Below are positions 51,495 to 64,000 of a stretch of DNA of 64,000 nucleotides, in pieces; position 1 is the stretch's first letter, and each line of letters begins with the position of its first letter. Below the pieces are notes generated by a model. The model made no database searches. It was not told where the DNA came from and saw only the letters and a program-made list of their open reading frames with translations. Location of the stretch: contig NC_068991.1 in assembly GCF_001194135.2 (NCBI RefSeq), positions 1,671,950 to 1,735,949 of the forward strand. The letters run 5' to 3'. Made by a program: the position numbers and the translations under genes. Origin of the DNA: Octopus bimaculoides. Its lineage: Eukaryota.

Positions 51495-53527
51495 CTAGCA
51501 GAGACACCCGACGTCGCTCGGGATTAAAATGATATAGTTTATTTATATATATATATTACAGTTATGTTGAAACATTTGTGGAGTAAATGATGGTCTAATT
51601 CGACTAATCGACATGTAATACATCGGAGGATTGGAGGATTCCAAGTGCTAACCTATCATAGGAAATTGGGGGTGGAGGTATGTAATTTTCTAACCCACCG
51701 AAAAGCTCAGTGGAATACTCTCCTTTGAGGCGGTCAACGCTACGTCTAACACGACCCGTCGTATGGTTGACAGTCAAATGAATGGAGGTGTAATGGAGAT
51801 ATTCTAGGTAAATGGGTACATTCTAGAAATGGGTTGCAATGGNNNNNNNNNNNNNNNNNNNNNNNNNNNNNNNNNNNNNNNNNNNNNNNNNNNNNNNNNN
51901 NNNNNNNNNNNNNNNNNNNNNNNNNNNNNNNNNNNNNNNNNNNNNNNNNNNNNNNNNGCATGTGATCTATTTCTGAGAGCTATCGTATTGGACCTCTGTC
52001 TAATCTGGCGTTAAACGTTGTTCTAATGATTCAGCATTAAGTATTACAGCATGCCTTAGCTGATACTGGGAAAATCTCATCTCCCTTCTCTCTTGAGACT
52101 GACGTGCTGCGGCATGCACTGCTGACCTTGAGAAAGTCTCGTCTCCTTTCTCTGTCGAGACACTCGCCTTTGTTTTCTGTAATCGTCCTCGCTTTATACG
52201 TGTTTCTGGAGGGATAACGTCTTTTCTTTGGTGGCAAATGTTTACAATATTGTAAAAAAAAATTATGAACATAGAAAAAATATACATTTATCTCTATTTT
52301 TGTAAGCAATTGTAAATATATATTATGTCCGTATTTTTGTATGCTGTGTAAATTTATGAAATATAAGCAAAATGAACGAAATAGCACATGTATGGAACTG
52401 CTAATTTAACGGTAATTGCCACAAGGATTATTACAGAGAGACAAAGAATTTTATGTCTTACCTTGCAACTTCTGCGATAATTATCATCCGGTGGTAATTG
52501 ATCCGTAAATATGAATTGTTTTAAAAGAAATGAATATAAAATTTTGTATTGACATTGGCCAACTCACACTTCACGCATGTCAGTCGTCCACAAAGTATAT
52601 AAAACAAGCAACACACAACAAGGAGAAAGAGACAAAAATAAAATAACACGTGTCAAAGTTTTTTTTTTTCTAAAAACGTTCAATGACGTTAACTGGAGTG
52701 TGGGGTTCGAGTAGACGTCATTCCACCTTTTGATTTATCATTACCATTCTTTTCGTTCGATTTTATTTTTCTTCCACTTTTGTGTCTTTTCTGTCCTTGT
52801 GTTGTCCCCTCCGTGTTTCGACCCTGTGTGGTTAATAAAAGAATTAAGTCGTCAAGTATGTATATGTATGTGTAGATGTGTATGTGTGTGTGTGTTTAAT
52901 AACGTACCGTATATAGTATGTCCGTACTTTTGTATGCAGTATAAATTAAGGAAATAGAAGCACTTGTACAGAGAGACAAAAAATTTTATATTTTACCTGC
53001 CGACCTTGCAACTGCTTCGATAATTATTAATCGGTAATGGAACAGCAAATGTGTATTGTTTTAAAGGAAATGAAAATAAAATTTCGTATTGAGATTTCAC
53101 GCATGTCAGTCGTCAGGTATGTATGCGTAGATCTGTGAGTGTTTAATAACGTACCGTGATAATATGTCTGTATTTTTGTATGCAGTGTAAATTAATCCCC
53201 CCAAAATTACAGTATCGAAATGTGATTGTTTCAGTTTTGATACTGAAATAGTGGAAAAATTTCATTTTTAAAGTGAAAGTATTTGACATGAGTGTTTTTG
53301 TTTCACTTTTGACACGTAATACTTAAACAGTGGAGGAGATATTATGTTGCTGTGGGCTCGAACTATGCAAGAAGTTAAAAATGTTTTTTGACTAAAACAC
53401 AACCGGGACCCTAAGTAAAGCATGTGTAAAATTTGAATGAAATTGGTTGTGTAGTTCTGGAGTTTTAGGGATTCACACAGACACACAGACACACAGACAT
53501 ACATTCTCTTTTTTATATATATATAGA
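51495..53527 (-). mobile_element. Non-autonomous Helitron with both termini
   Basis: Minus strand starts A|TCTATATATATAAAAAAGAGAATGTATGTCTG at 53527 and ends cccgagcgacgtcggg hairpin-tgtctctg-CTAG|T at 51495. An internal RepHel-like N-terminus starts at 52237 ((L)PPKKRR...HAAARQSQERREMRFSQYQLRHA...AESLEQR). Confidence 0.88.
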
Positions 53528-54239
53528 TATATCTTTTCTCATTTTTACTGGAGTCATTTGTCTGGAATTGAAAGACATAAGAAGAAAATACGTCCACCGA
53601 GGACGCCGGATCAGGGGTTTCGTTCAACTCTGACGGGCCCTTTGTCCTGGTTTTCTACGTATAAATATTCCTCAGAAGACACACAATCATCTTTAAAAGG
53701 CAACACACAGAAGATCATGTAGTGTTAGATGCCCCTAATATGATGTGACTGCAATGAACGTGGTAGAACTGTGGTCATGTTTGTGTTCTATTGCCACTGA
53801 CCTGGGTATAAGTAACAGCAACAGAGAAATGAAAGAGATCGAGATAATTGGTTGGTATTGTGCCGGCAAAAATTTTGTAAGGAAATCGATGAATTCGCAT
53901 AAGTTCACAGGATTGTTGACTGTCTGCAGTATTTCAAATTACGTATTTCACTTGCGACACAGTTGATTGTAATCATATATTTCATTTGTGATTCAATTCT
54001 TGTTTATTCTAACAACATATTTTAGCCGTGACGCAGTCCCAGGAGATTTTAAACGCATATTTGACTCGTGGCACAATTTCAGATAATTGTAATTACAAAT
54101 TTCATTTGCGACATCATTCCAGATTTTTATATCCATATAATGCAGTTATGGGGATTTTCTTACAATAATTCTAAATTTTAGATGTAACACAACTCCACTG
54201 TGTTCACACATTTTTTCAATAGAGAGGCAATACGTAATG

Positions 54240-54420
54240 TTGGTACAAAGCCAGCAATTTTGGGGAAGAAGTAAATCAATTGCATCAACCCCGGTACTCA
54301 ACTGGTACTTACTTTATCGACCCCGAAAGGATGAAAAGCAAACTCAACCTTGGCGGAATTTGAACTCTGAATGTAAAGGTGAACGAAACGCCGCCAAGCA
54401 CTCTGCGACCATGCTGCCTT
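54240..54420 (-). mobile_element. SINE family A
   Basis: ctggtacttactttatcgaccccgaaaggatgaaaagcaaactcaaccttggcggaatttgaactctgaa. Confidence 0.8.
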
Positions 54421-54758
54421 CCAATACCAAATTATTATAACGCCTCATATATATATATATGTACATGTACAAATATCAGATGTGACACAACTTTACATNN
54501 NNNNNNNNNNNNNNNNNNNNNNNNNNNNNNNNNNNNNNNNNNNNNNNNNNNNNNNNNNNNNNNNNNNNNNNNNNNNNNNNNNNNNNNNNNNNNNNNNNNN
54601 NNNNNNNNNNNNNNNNNNNNNNNNNNNNNNNNNNNNNNNNNNNNNNNNNNNNNNNNNNNNNNNNNNNNNNNNNNNNNNNNNNNNNNNNNNNNNNNNNNNN
54701 NNNNNNNNNNNNNNNNNNNNNNNNNNNNNNNNNNNNNNNNNNNNNNNNNNNNNNNNNN

Positions 54759-54808
<50 letters not shown>

Positions 54809-55448
54809 TGTACAAATATCAGATGTGACACAACTTTACATCTTCACCACATACACAATAGAAACTTGGTGAAGCGCCATACATAAACTGCGAGACACAC
54901 TTCCATCATAGCCTCCCTCCCGCCACCGCCACCACCACCGCCAAATATTTCATTTATGACAGACATCTTTCAAATTCCATCTTAAAGTCTTCTTCCTTCA
55001 TTTTACCATTCCTTACGCTTTATCTTTATTCTATCTTTGTTATTCTACTTAAACTCTTTCACAACTATTTATATTTACATACATTTCTCACATCAAAAAC
55101 ACACGTGATTTCAACTTTAGATCTCTCGCACTCAACCACTCACTCGTTCACTCCCTCTCTCCTTACCTCCCTCTTTCTTTCTCTCTTTCCCTCTCCCTTT
55201 CTCTCTTTATTTGTCCCTCTCTCCCTCTATGCCTACTTCCTGTCTATTTCTATCTTGTTTCCTTTCTCTTTCTTTCTATTTTCTATTTTTTCCGCACTCT
55301 TTGTATCTCTCGACTCCTTGTTGCATAATTGTTAGCTTACAGCTATAAATGTATGTACACACGTATGTGTGTATGCATATGTATATGGACGATATATATA
55401 TATATATATGTGTGCGTGTGTGTTTGTATGTATATGTATATTACATAT

Positions 55449-55502
<54 letters not shown>

Positions 55503-55633
55503 GAGTATATGTATATATATGAGTATATATATGCATATATATGTATATATTCATGTATATAGATATTCGTGTATACACACACAACATAGACGCGAACACA
55601 CACACAAACATTCACATATTGACGTGTAATCTT

Positions 55634-55678
<45 letters not shown>

Positions 55679-58600
55679 TGACAATTCGAAGTTTATAATG
55701 TAAACTGTATAAAACCATATAATGTTAATTCAAGCACTCAATAAACACATAGGAGTATGTTATGGTGTTCAGAAGAGGATGTGGCGAGTGTGATTTCGAA
55801 GCGTGTCTGGTTGGAATCTTCGTTAGACTGCCAACAGTTGTGGTAAAGGTGCCATTTAGGATCTTTCTGAATTGACGCGAACCACTTGTTTTCTTAACGA
55901 AACACTTTTAAACTTGGGATACTGGTAGAATGTGTCATATAAAACATCTTTTTCTCTTATACGAGCAGAGGTGCACGCACTCACCTATATATCTATTTCA
56001 ACAATAGCACACACACACACACAAACAAACACAAAGCATATAAACACACGCACACGCACTCAAACATCCATACGCATGCGCACAGATGTAAATGTGCGAG
56101 TGACTGGCTCTTTGCTGGTGCGTCTGTAATTACATGAGTGAGTGAATGTTTATACACATGTGTGTGATGTGTGTATAAGAAGGCGTATGAATGTATGTGT
56201 GAATGTTCATCTATGTATGTGTGTTTGCGTGTGAGCGTGCCATTCCGAATAAGGATGCTATCGTCAAGAACCGGATGTGAAAATCCTCCGCTCTCCATTT
56301 ATTGGAACAAGAATTTAAAAGAGAAATCATCAGCGAAGTCGTCCTAAGAATTCCTGACTCACTATAAACCGATTCCAAGATTCAATGATTGATTGATTAT
56401 GGTTTTCTTTTTTTTTAACCCATTAATTAGTCATTAGATTGCGGGGGGGGGGAGGGTCACCGAGTCTGAATGACAGGAGAACACATGTTGACGAGTTCCA
56501 TGTTCTCACGTGCTCATATACATACATACGTACATACATACATGCATACATATGTGTGTGTGTGTGTATTATATAAACATAATACACACACACACATATA
56601 CATACATATATGTATACAGAGAAACAGAAACAGAGACAGAGGCAGAGGCAGAAAGAGGTTCGAGTTTATAAAGAGCAGCCTCTTCTTAATTATTGTTGTT
56701 GTTGTTGTTGTTGTTGTTGTTATTATTATTATTATTATTATCGTCACGGCTCTCATCCTCGGCAGCAGCAGCAGTATTACTACCATCGTCATCTTCATCA
56801 TCAACAACAACATCATCATTATCGCCATCAGCTTCAGCACCGCAACATTTCGACCCTTGCTGCCGCCACAACTACTGACGCTGCCACTACAGCCAACCCT
56901 ACCGTCATTAGACCATCACCAGAACTATCACCAGAGCCTTTACCATTGCTAACACGAATAATACAGTCACAAAACACTACCACTAAGACCACCACTATTA
57001 CCACTACTACGACTACTTTTCGTCATATGCACAGTGAACNNNNNNNNNNNNNNNNNNNNNNNNNNGGGGGTCGATAGGATGATTGGTATATTTAGTCTTA
57101 ATACGTTCCGGTAGATTTGAACATGAATGCGCTTATCAAGTGTATTGTTTCGTCACAGGAGTACAACTTCTCTTTTACGACGAATTCGTGTTCATATCAA
57201 TGGATTCAAAAGCGTAAGGAGACTTTGGGACACCCAGTGTTTCAACATCGTTGTGTCTAGTCAGTCAGCAGCACCATAACGTTGTGGTAACACCACGTGT
57301 CCCGAAATCCCTTGGGCTAATGAACCGAATGTGTTGTGAACACATATTCGTACTAAAGAAGAAGCTATTTTCCTGTGGTTGAATAGTTAGGGATATTCGG
57401 CTCATGATCATAAAGTTTCGAATTCGATTCCCGGTGATATATCGCGTCCTTGACGCTGTTGTGTAAATAAAGACACATCAGTGTGTTTCTTGAGCATGGG
57501 GGGGGGGGCAAATACTTTGCAGTGTGCTTGTGTGAAGTATAGTTCATTAGTTAAAGTTATTATTCCTTATTTTTTTTACATTCTAGAATGAAAGATGAAG
57601 AGTTTCATAAAATTGCGATCTCATCCGTACTTCAACCTACAGAAGTAAAGTAACTGCACTTCACTGTTTATACACGTATGCCGAGAGGACAAACAGACCT
57701 GGAGTAAAGAGGGGATAAGATGGCAAATGGCAACGAAAGCTGACGAACGTAGCTGACTAATTGGTCAACATACCGGTTAATCAAACACTCGATTAGTTAA
57801 TTAGCAAAACGGTTACCCAAATGAAAGAAGTGAAATATGACTGGCACGTGTGTTTATTATTGGCATAATGACCCTCCCGAGATACAGCAAAATTTGTTTC
57901 AGCACACGATTTCACATCAAGAATCTTATAAATCAAATATGAAAATTATATACAATAAAGTCTTTCTGAATTCAATTCTTAATGCTTATTTCTGAAGGTA
58001 GAGTATTTTTCCGAATATAGATTTTGAAAATAGTGAGATAGAATTTCAGTTTTCGTCAATTCTTCAATTCTCAGATTGTCTCGTAGCTTCCAGCAGAAGC
58101 TATAACATGATAAACATCTATCAAATGTTATAAAATGAATTGCGATGCGAAAAGTGAAGATCACCAAAGGGCTCAACAAAAGAATCGACACAGATAATAT
58201 AATAAAATTTAACACCGAAGATGGAATGGCAAATCAAATAACGAAGCTACACACACACACACACACATACATTAGCACACACACAGAGAGAGAGNNNNNN
58301 NNNNACACACACATACATTAGCACACACACAGAGAGAGAGAGAGAGAGCAAGACATGACCGTCTTTATGTATATATGTATATACATGTGTGCGTATTTGT
58401 ATGTATATGTGTCCATGTGTGTATATATGCATGCGCGCGCTTGTAAATATACTAGAATTTTACCAGCCATATAAGATTTAACTGGAAGTTTCAGAAAATA
58501 TGTCACACATACAAAGTTATGATTCAACTTGATAAAAGTTGTTGGTCAAGTGAGATCAGATGGTGGGAGCCGGCACCGTTGCAGTGTGTTAGGTCATTTA

Positions 58601-58804
58601 CCACATGTCGTTATATTACCGGGTCTTCCCGAGTGATCCGTAGGGCAGACTCCTTGTCCGTCCCTATCTCCTCATGTGCCCAACCAACAAGAACCCTTAA
58701 TCCAGTCGAGTACTCAGTAAAAACAACATTAAACTTATGCAAAATAATGAAGTGAATACAAATTTTCAAATGATAAATATATATTTTATTTTTACTTCTT
58801 TTAG

Positions 58805-58943
58805 TCATGTTACGACCATGCTGGAGTACAGTCCCAGATCTCTTTTATTCTATCGGAACTCTTTTGCCGAACCGCTATGTCACGAGGACGTGAATACACC
58901 AACACCGGTTGTCAAGCGATGGGTGTATGTGTGTGTCTGTGTG

Positions 58944-59010
<67 letters not shown>

Positions 59011-59110
59011 TGTGTGCGTGTGTGTGTGTGTCTATTCATACATGCAAACGACGGTCTTTCAGCTTCCGTCTACCAATTCTACTCACAAGGCTTTGGTCTG
59101 ACCAAGAGCA
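58805..59110 (-). mobile_element. SINE family B with expanded internal (TG)n
   Basis: gaccatgctggagtac...gccgaaccgcta...(tg)n...cgacggtctttcagcttccgtctaccaattctactcacaaggctttggtc. Confidence 0.8.
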
Positions 59111-60521
59111 AGTAGAGTAAGCGTAGGCTCGAAAACGTGAAAGACTTTCTCACCTTCCCAAGCGTCAAACCATTACACCTGCTTCTTGTTTACATAGTCT
59201 TTTGATTTTTGTAAATTCCAACTATATATATACATACANNNNNNNNNNNNNNNNNNNNNNNNNNNNNNNNNNNNNNNNNNNNNNNNNNNNNNNNNNNNNN
59301 NNNNNNNNNNNNNNNNNNNNNNNNNNNNNNNNNNNNNNNNNNNNNNNNNNNNNNNNNNNNNNNNNNNNNNNNNNNNNNNNNNNNNNNNNNNNNNNNNNNN
59401 NNNNNNNNNNNNNNNNNNNNNNNNNNNNNNNNNNNNNNNNNNNNNNNNNNNNNNNNNNNNNNNNNNNNNNNNNNNNNNNNNNNNNNNNNNNNNNNNNNNN
59501 NNNNNNNNNNNNNNNNNNNNNNNNNNNNNNNNNNNNNNNNNNNNNNNNNNNNNNNNNNNNNNNNNNNNNNNNNNNNNNNNNNNNNNNNNNNNNNNNNNNN
59601 NNNNNNNNNNNNNNNNNNNNNNNNNNNNNNNNNNNNNNNNNNNNNNNNNNNNNNNNNNNNNNNNNNNNNNNNNNNNNNNNNNNNNNNNNNNNNNNNNNNN
59701 NNNNNNNNNNNNNNNNNNNNNNNNNNNNNNNNNNNNNNNNNNNNNNNNNNNNNNNNNNNNNNNNNNNNNNNNNNNNNNNNNNNNNNNNNNNNNNNNNNNN
59801 NNNNNNNNNNNNNNNNNNNNNNNNNNNNNNNNNNNNNNNNNNNNNNNNNNNNNNNNNNNNNNNNNNNNNNNNNNNNNNNNNNNNNNNNNNNNNNNNNNNN
59901 NNNNNNNNNNNNNNNNNNNNNNNNNNNNNNNNNNNNNNNNNNNNNNNNNNNNNNNNNNNNNNNNNNNNNNNNNNNNNNNNNNNNNNNNNNNNNNNNNNNN
60001 NNNNNNNNNNNNNNNNNNNNNNNNNNNNNNNNNNNNNNNNNNNNNNNNNNNNNNNNNNNNNNNNNNNNNATATATATATATATATATATATATAAATATA
60101 TATATATATAGATGGGCATTATAGATTAAATTACTTGATTTGAAGCCACGGTGCAGGGAGGTTAATTCATTTTCTGCATTTTTTACTGTTTTGCTGTTTA
60201 CATGCATGTTTTCGTCTCCACACGCCAATATACCTCCCTGTCAGCCTCGCTCTCACTCTCTCTCTTTCTTGCCTTTATTAGACATATGCATATGGATATG
60301 TGTACACGCGCGTGCGTGTAGATCAGTGGTTAGATAAATAGACACGTTTACAGTTATATACGCAGCTATATATGAAAAGGCCTGTACATGCATATCTATG
60401 TGCATGCATGCATATACATATGTATGCATCTGTATATATATGCATAAATATAATTATATATGTTTGTGCGTATACATAAATATTTGTATGTAATGATACT
60501 TATATACAAGTATTACATTTA

Positions 60522-60580
<59 letters not shown>

Positions 60581-62149
60581 NNNNNNNNNNNNNNNNNNNN
60601 NNNNNNNNNNNNNNNNNNNNNNNNNNNNNNNNNNNNNNNNNNNNNNNNNNNNNNNNNNNNNNNNNNNNNNNNNNNNNNNNNNNNNNNNNNNNNNNNNNNN
60701 NNNNNNNNNNNNNNNNNNNNNNNNNNNNNNNNNNNNNNNNNNNNNNNNNNNNNNNNNNNNNNNNNNNNNNNNNNNNNNNNNNNNNNNNNNNNNNNNNNNN
60801 NNNNNNNNNNNNNNNNNNNNNNNNNNNNNNNNNNNNNNNNNNNNNNNNNNNNNNNNNNNNNNNNNNNNNNNNNNNNNNNNNNNNNNNNNNNNNNNNNNNN
60901 NNNNNNNNNNNNNNNNNNNNNNNNNNNNNNNNNNNNNNNNNNNNNNNNNNNNNNNNNNNNNNNNNNNNNNNNNNNNNNNNNNNNNNNNNNNNNNNNNNNN
61001 NNNNNNNNNNNNNNNNNNNNNNNNNNNNNNTATATATATACATACAAACACATACATATATATGCACATAAATATTAAAAGTGAGGGGCAGAGATAGATA
61101 AGAATATGTAAAAGATGTAATCAACAGTCTGTCTCCCAATTTATATGCGTGTGTGTGTTTGTGTGTGTGTGTGTGAGTGTGTGTGTGTTGTTTGTATCGA
61201 TATCAGCCTCTGTGTATTGTAGATGCAAAAGCAATATTATTCCTCCAACATTCATTGTGGTCGCCATTAACAAACGTTAAAATTCCAAGATAACACAACC
61301 ACATGATAGTTATTTCAATAATAAACACGCGTCTGTTGTAGTGTTGTTTGGTTGNNNNNNNNNNNNNNNNNNNNNNNNNNNNNNNNNNNNNNNNNNNNNN
61401 NNNNNNNNNNNNNNNNNNNNNNNNNNNNNNNNNNNNNNNNNNNNNNNNNNGTGCGTGTGTGTGTGTGTGTGCATCTGTGTGTGTGTGTGAGCGTGTGTCT
61501 ATGTGCCTATGTGTGTGGGTACATATGTGCGTGGATGTGTGTACGTGTGTGTATGCGTGTGTGTGTATGTGTGCCTGTGTATATGTATGTGCGCGTGCAT
61601 GTATGCGGGAGTGCGTGCGTGTGTACGTGCGTGTGTACTGCGTGTGTACGTGCGTACATGCGTACGTGCGTGCGTGCGAATCTGTTGTGTTCTTTATTAT
61701 TGTTGTTGCTGTTGTCTAATCTGAGCAGATCTAAATCATTGACCACCTTACAGTTATGACCCTCCCATCATCTGCTGCGAGTGACACGGTGTATCTTAGG
61801 TTACACGATACAATGTTTCTCCATGTTTCTTCTCGTGCTACAATTTATATCGAATTTCTCCTTCCACCTCTGGCTGACGCCTTCCTCATAAACTCCTGAT
61901 GTTGCTGTTATTGTAATCGTTGTTCAGTCAAAGATTATTCATACCTGTGCAGATATAAGGTTAAAGTTTTTCCAATCATGACCATCCCGTTGACGCAAAG
62001 GACTCAGAATCTCTTTACCGAATGTTTCACTTCATTTTCAAAATAGTTTCTTTTGTTCCTTTATTGCGGGTGAGGGAGGGGTTGAAGAATTGTCTGTTAT
62101 TCCCAGCAGATTGTACGAAACTACTAGAATTTCATCTTTGGTTCTTACC

Positions 62150-62375
62150 GAGCTGGCAGAATCGTTTAGACGCCGGGCGAAATGCTTAGCGGTATTTCGT
62201 CTGCCGTTACATTCTGAGTTCAAATTCCGCCGAGGTCGACTTTGCCTTTCATCTTTTTGGGGTCGATTAAATAAGTACCAGTTATGCACTGGGTCGATGT
62301 AATTAACTTAATCCCTTTGTCTGTCCTTGTTTGTCCCCTCTATGTTTAGCCCCATATGGGCAATAAAGAAATAAA
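62150..62375 (+). mobile_element. SINE family A, variant with different 3' tail
   Basis: Family A head and core followed by ccctttgtctgtccttgtttgtcccctctatgtttagccccatatgggcaataaagaaata instead of the ...gtagaaagg(att)n tail. Confidence 0.85.
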
Positions 62376-64000
62376 TATCATCATCAACGTTCAGGAAAGT
62401 AAAGTTTTCGCAGAACTTTCCCCAAGAACATCTATTTTCTATATTACGTGTCCTGGCTTTTTTAATNNNNNNNNNNNNNNNNNNNNNNNNNNNNNNNNNN
62501 NNNNNNNNNNNNNNNNNNNNNNNNNNNNNNNNNNNNNNNNNNNNNNNNNNNNNNNNNNNNNNNNNNNNNNNNNTGTTGTTGTTGCCTTTGCATAGCTTCT
62601 AACGCTGTAGATGTACTACAGCGTCAGCTGTTCACTACCAGTGAACTAAGGTACCACCACTTATTTTTCGAGCACCTTCCGGAGTATTCGAGCGGTTCCA
62701 AGCAGTGCTGCTTTCTGCAAGTGCTCCACCCTTATTGCAGCCCCTATTTGTTCCATGTATTTGTTCCATCATCATTATTATTAATTATGCGATGGAACTC
62801 TTCTGCTGTTACCAAAGACAAAAACCAATTTCTTCCAAACCTATTCCTCTGCTATTCATTAAACATTTTCCCATGCAAGGTCCCCCGGCTTTCTCTTCTT
62901 TCCCTTACCATATTTTTCTTTCTTTTTCTTCATCTCCTATTATCTCTGGTTCCTCTGGTGGTAGGGGTGACTGCGGTGTTGATATTATTAGTGGTAGCGG
63001 TGGTGGTGTTGATGGTGGTGGTGGTGGTGGTGGTCAGATAATCTCTCATAATGAAGGGCATTGTTGTGTAGATGCTGCTCCCTTCGTAACGAATATATTC
63101 CAGTTGTGGCCATCCTGTCTTTCATTATTCAGACATAGTATATCTAGGACTATAAGATCTTATGTGCCCTTCCTATTATAAGATAACAGAGATTTGTGAG
63201 ATTTGAAATAGTTTTCACTGCTATTTTAGCTGAACGACCACATACAGGCCTACTCCTAGTTTTATGATGATGGTGGCTTAGTGTCGGTGGTGGTGGTCGC
63301 ATTCGTTAGTGCTATTTAAATCTAGGTCAGTCCTAATGAATCGGACGTATACAAAAGCCACTCCAAATGTGACCATCCCATTTCACTGTACATCTACGAA
63401 TAGATTATTTCTGTTTTATTAAGCTGCCACAATGTGATTTGAATAACTTTGGTTGCTATTTCAAGCAAATCGATTGGTCCCCGAACGCTAGGTCCCTCGG
63501 TTCGATCGATTTAATGACGGTATCATTAAGTATATCTCATTTATGTTTTGCTTCGCCATATCCAGTGTTGTCTATGTTTCCTTATCTTGGACTCTTCGTA
63601 ATGAGAAACTGCCTGCAACTCAGTGAGCAATCTTCCAAAAGACAAAAGAAGCAGCAGCAACAACAACAACGATAAGAACAACATCAAATGCCAACAACAA
63701 CAACAATAACAGGCACAACGTTAACAATAATATGAACACCATATACAACACAAAAAATAGGAGAGAGGCACTGTGTAGTCGTTCTATATGCTAGAAATAG
63801 CAACAAAATCTCCCTCATATTGCATCCCAAGTTCCTTTAAATCAAGATACACGTTGAAAACGTGGTCCTGGGTATCCTGCACATGGGGAAAAAATGGGAT
63901 GGTCACAAATGGAATGCTTTGATTATCGATATGCTTCATCAATCAATTCTCCTGTCGTTAAAGGTAACGACACTTTGGATAACATATATATATATATATA

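Noticed and set aside
54449-54848. Identical ~50 bp on both sides of a gap (also 50505-50570 and 58262-58335)
   Set aside because: Typical unmerged contig overlaps, i.e. assembly artefacts rather than real duplications.
57159-57644. Two small plus-strand exon-like segments (57159-57213, 57587-57644)
   Set aside because: The first is open in all frames, so phase compatibility is uninformative; no recognisable peptide.

Overview
AT-rich, gap-riddled eukaryotic genomic DNA. It is dominated by (AT)n/(AC)n/(AGAT)n/(AAT)n microsatellites, long CT-rich tracts and degraded transposable elements. The SINE families and repeat landscape resemble an octopus (coleoid cephalopod) draft assembly; this is recognised from memory, not from a search. 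No host gene could be identified, and almost all ORF-track entries are artefacts of microsatellites or N-gaps. Protein-level remnants can be read for R4/Dong-type REL retrotransposons (3-4 fragments), RTE LINEs (2), an L2/CR1-type LINE 3' end, Penelope-like elements (GIY-YIG and RT), a mariner transposase N-terminus and a ZNF862-like hAT transposase. The best-resolved structures are a non-autonomous Helitron with both termini (51495-53527) and a ~265 bp fold-back MITE-like element (17128-17444). A phase-compatible pair of candidate minus-strand exons (25019-24943, 22206-22086) is the only hint of a host transcript. I found no convincing novel multi-gene system; the findings below are second-look candidates.
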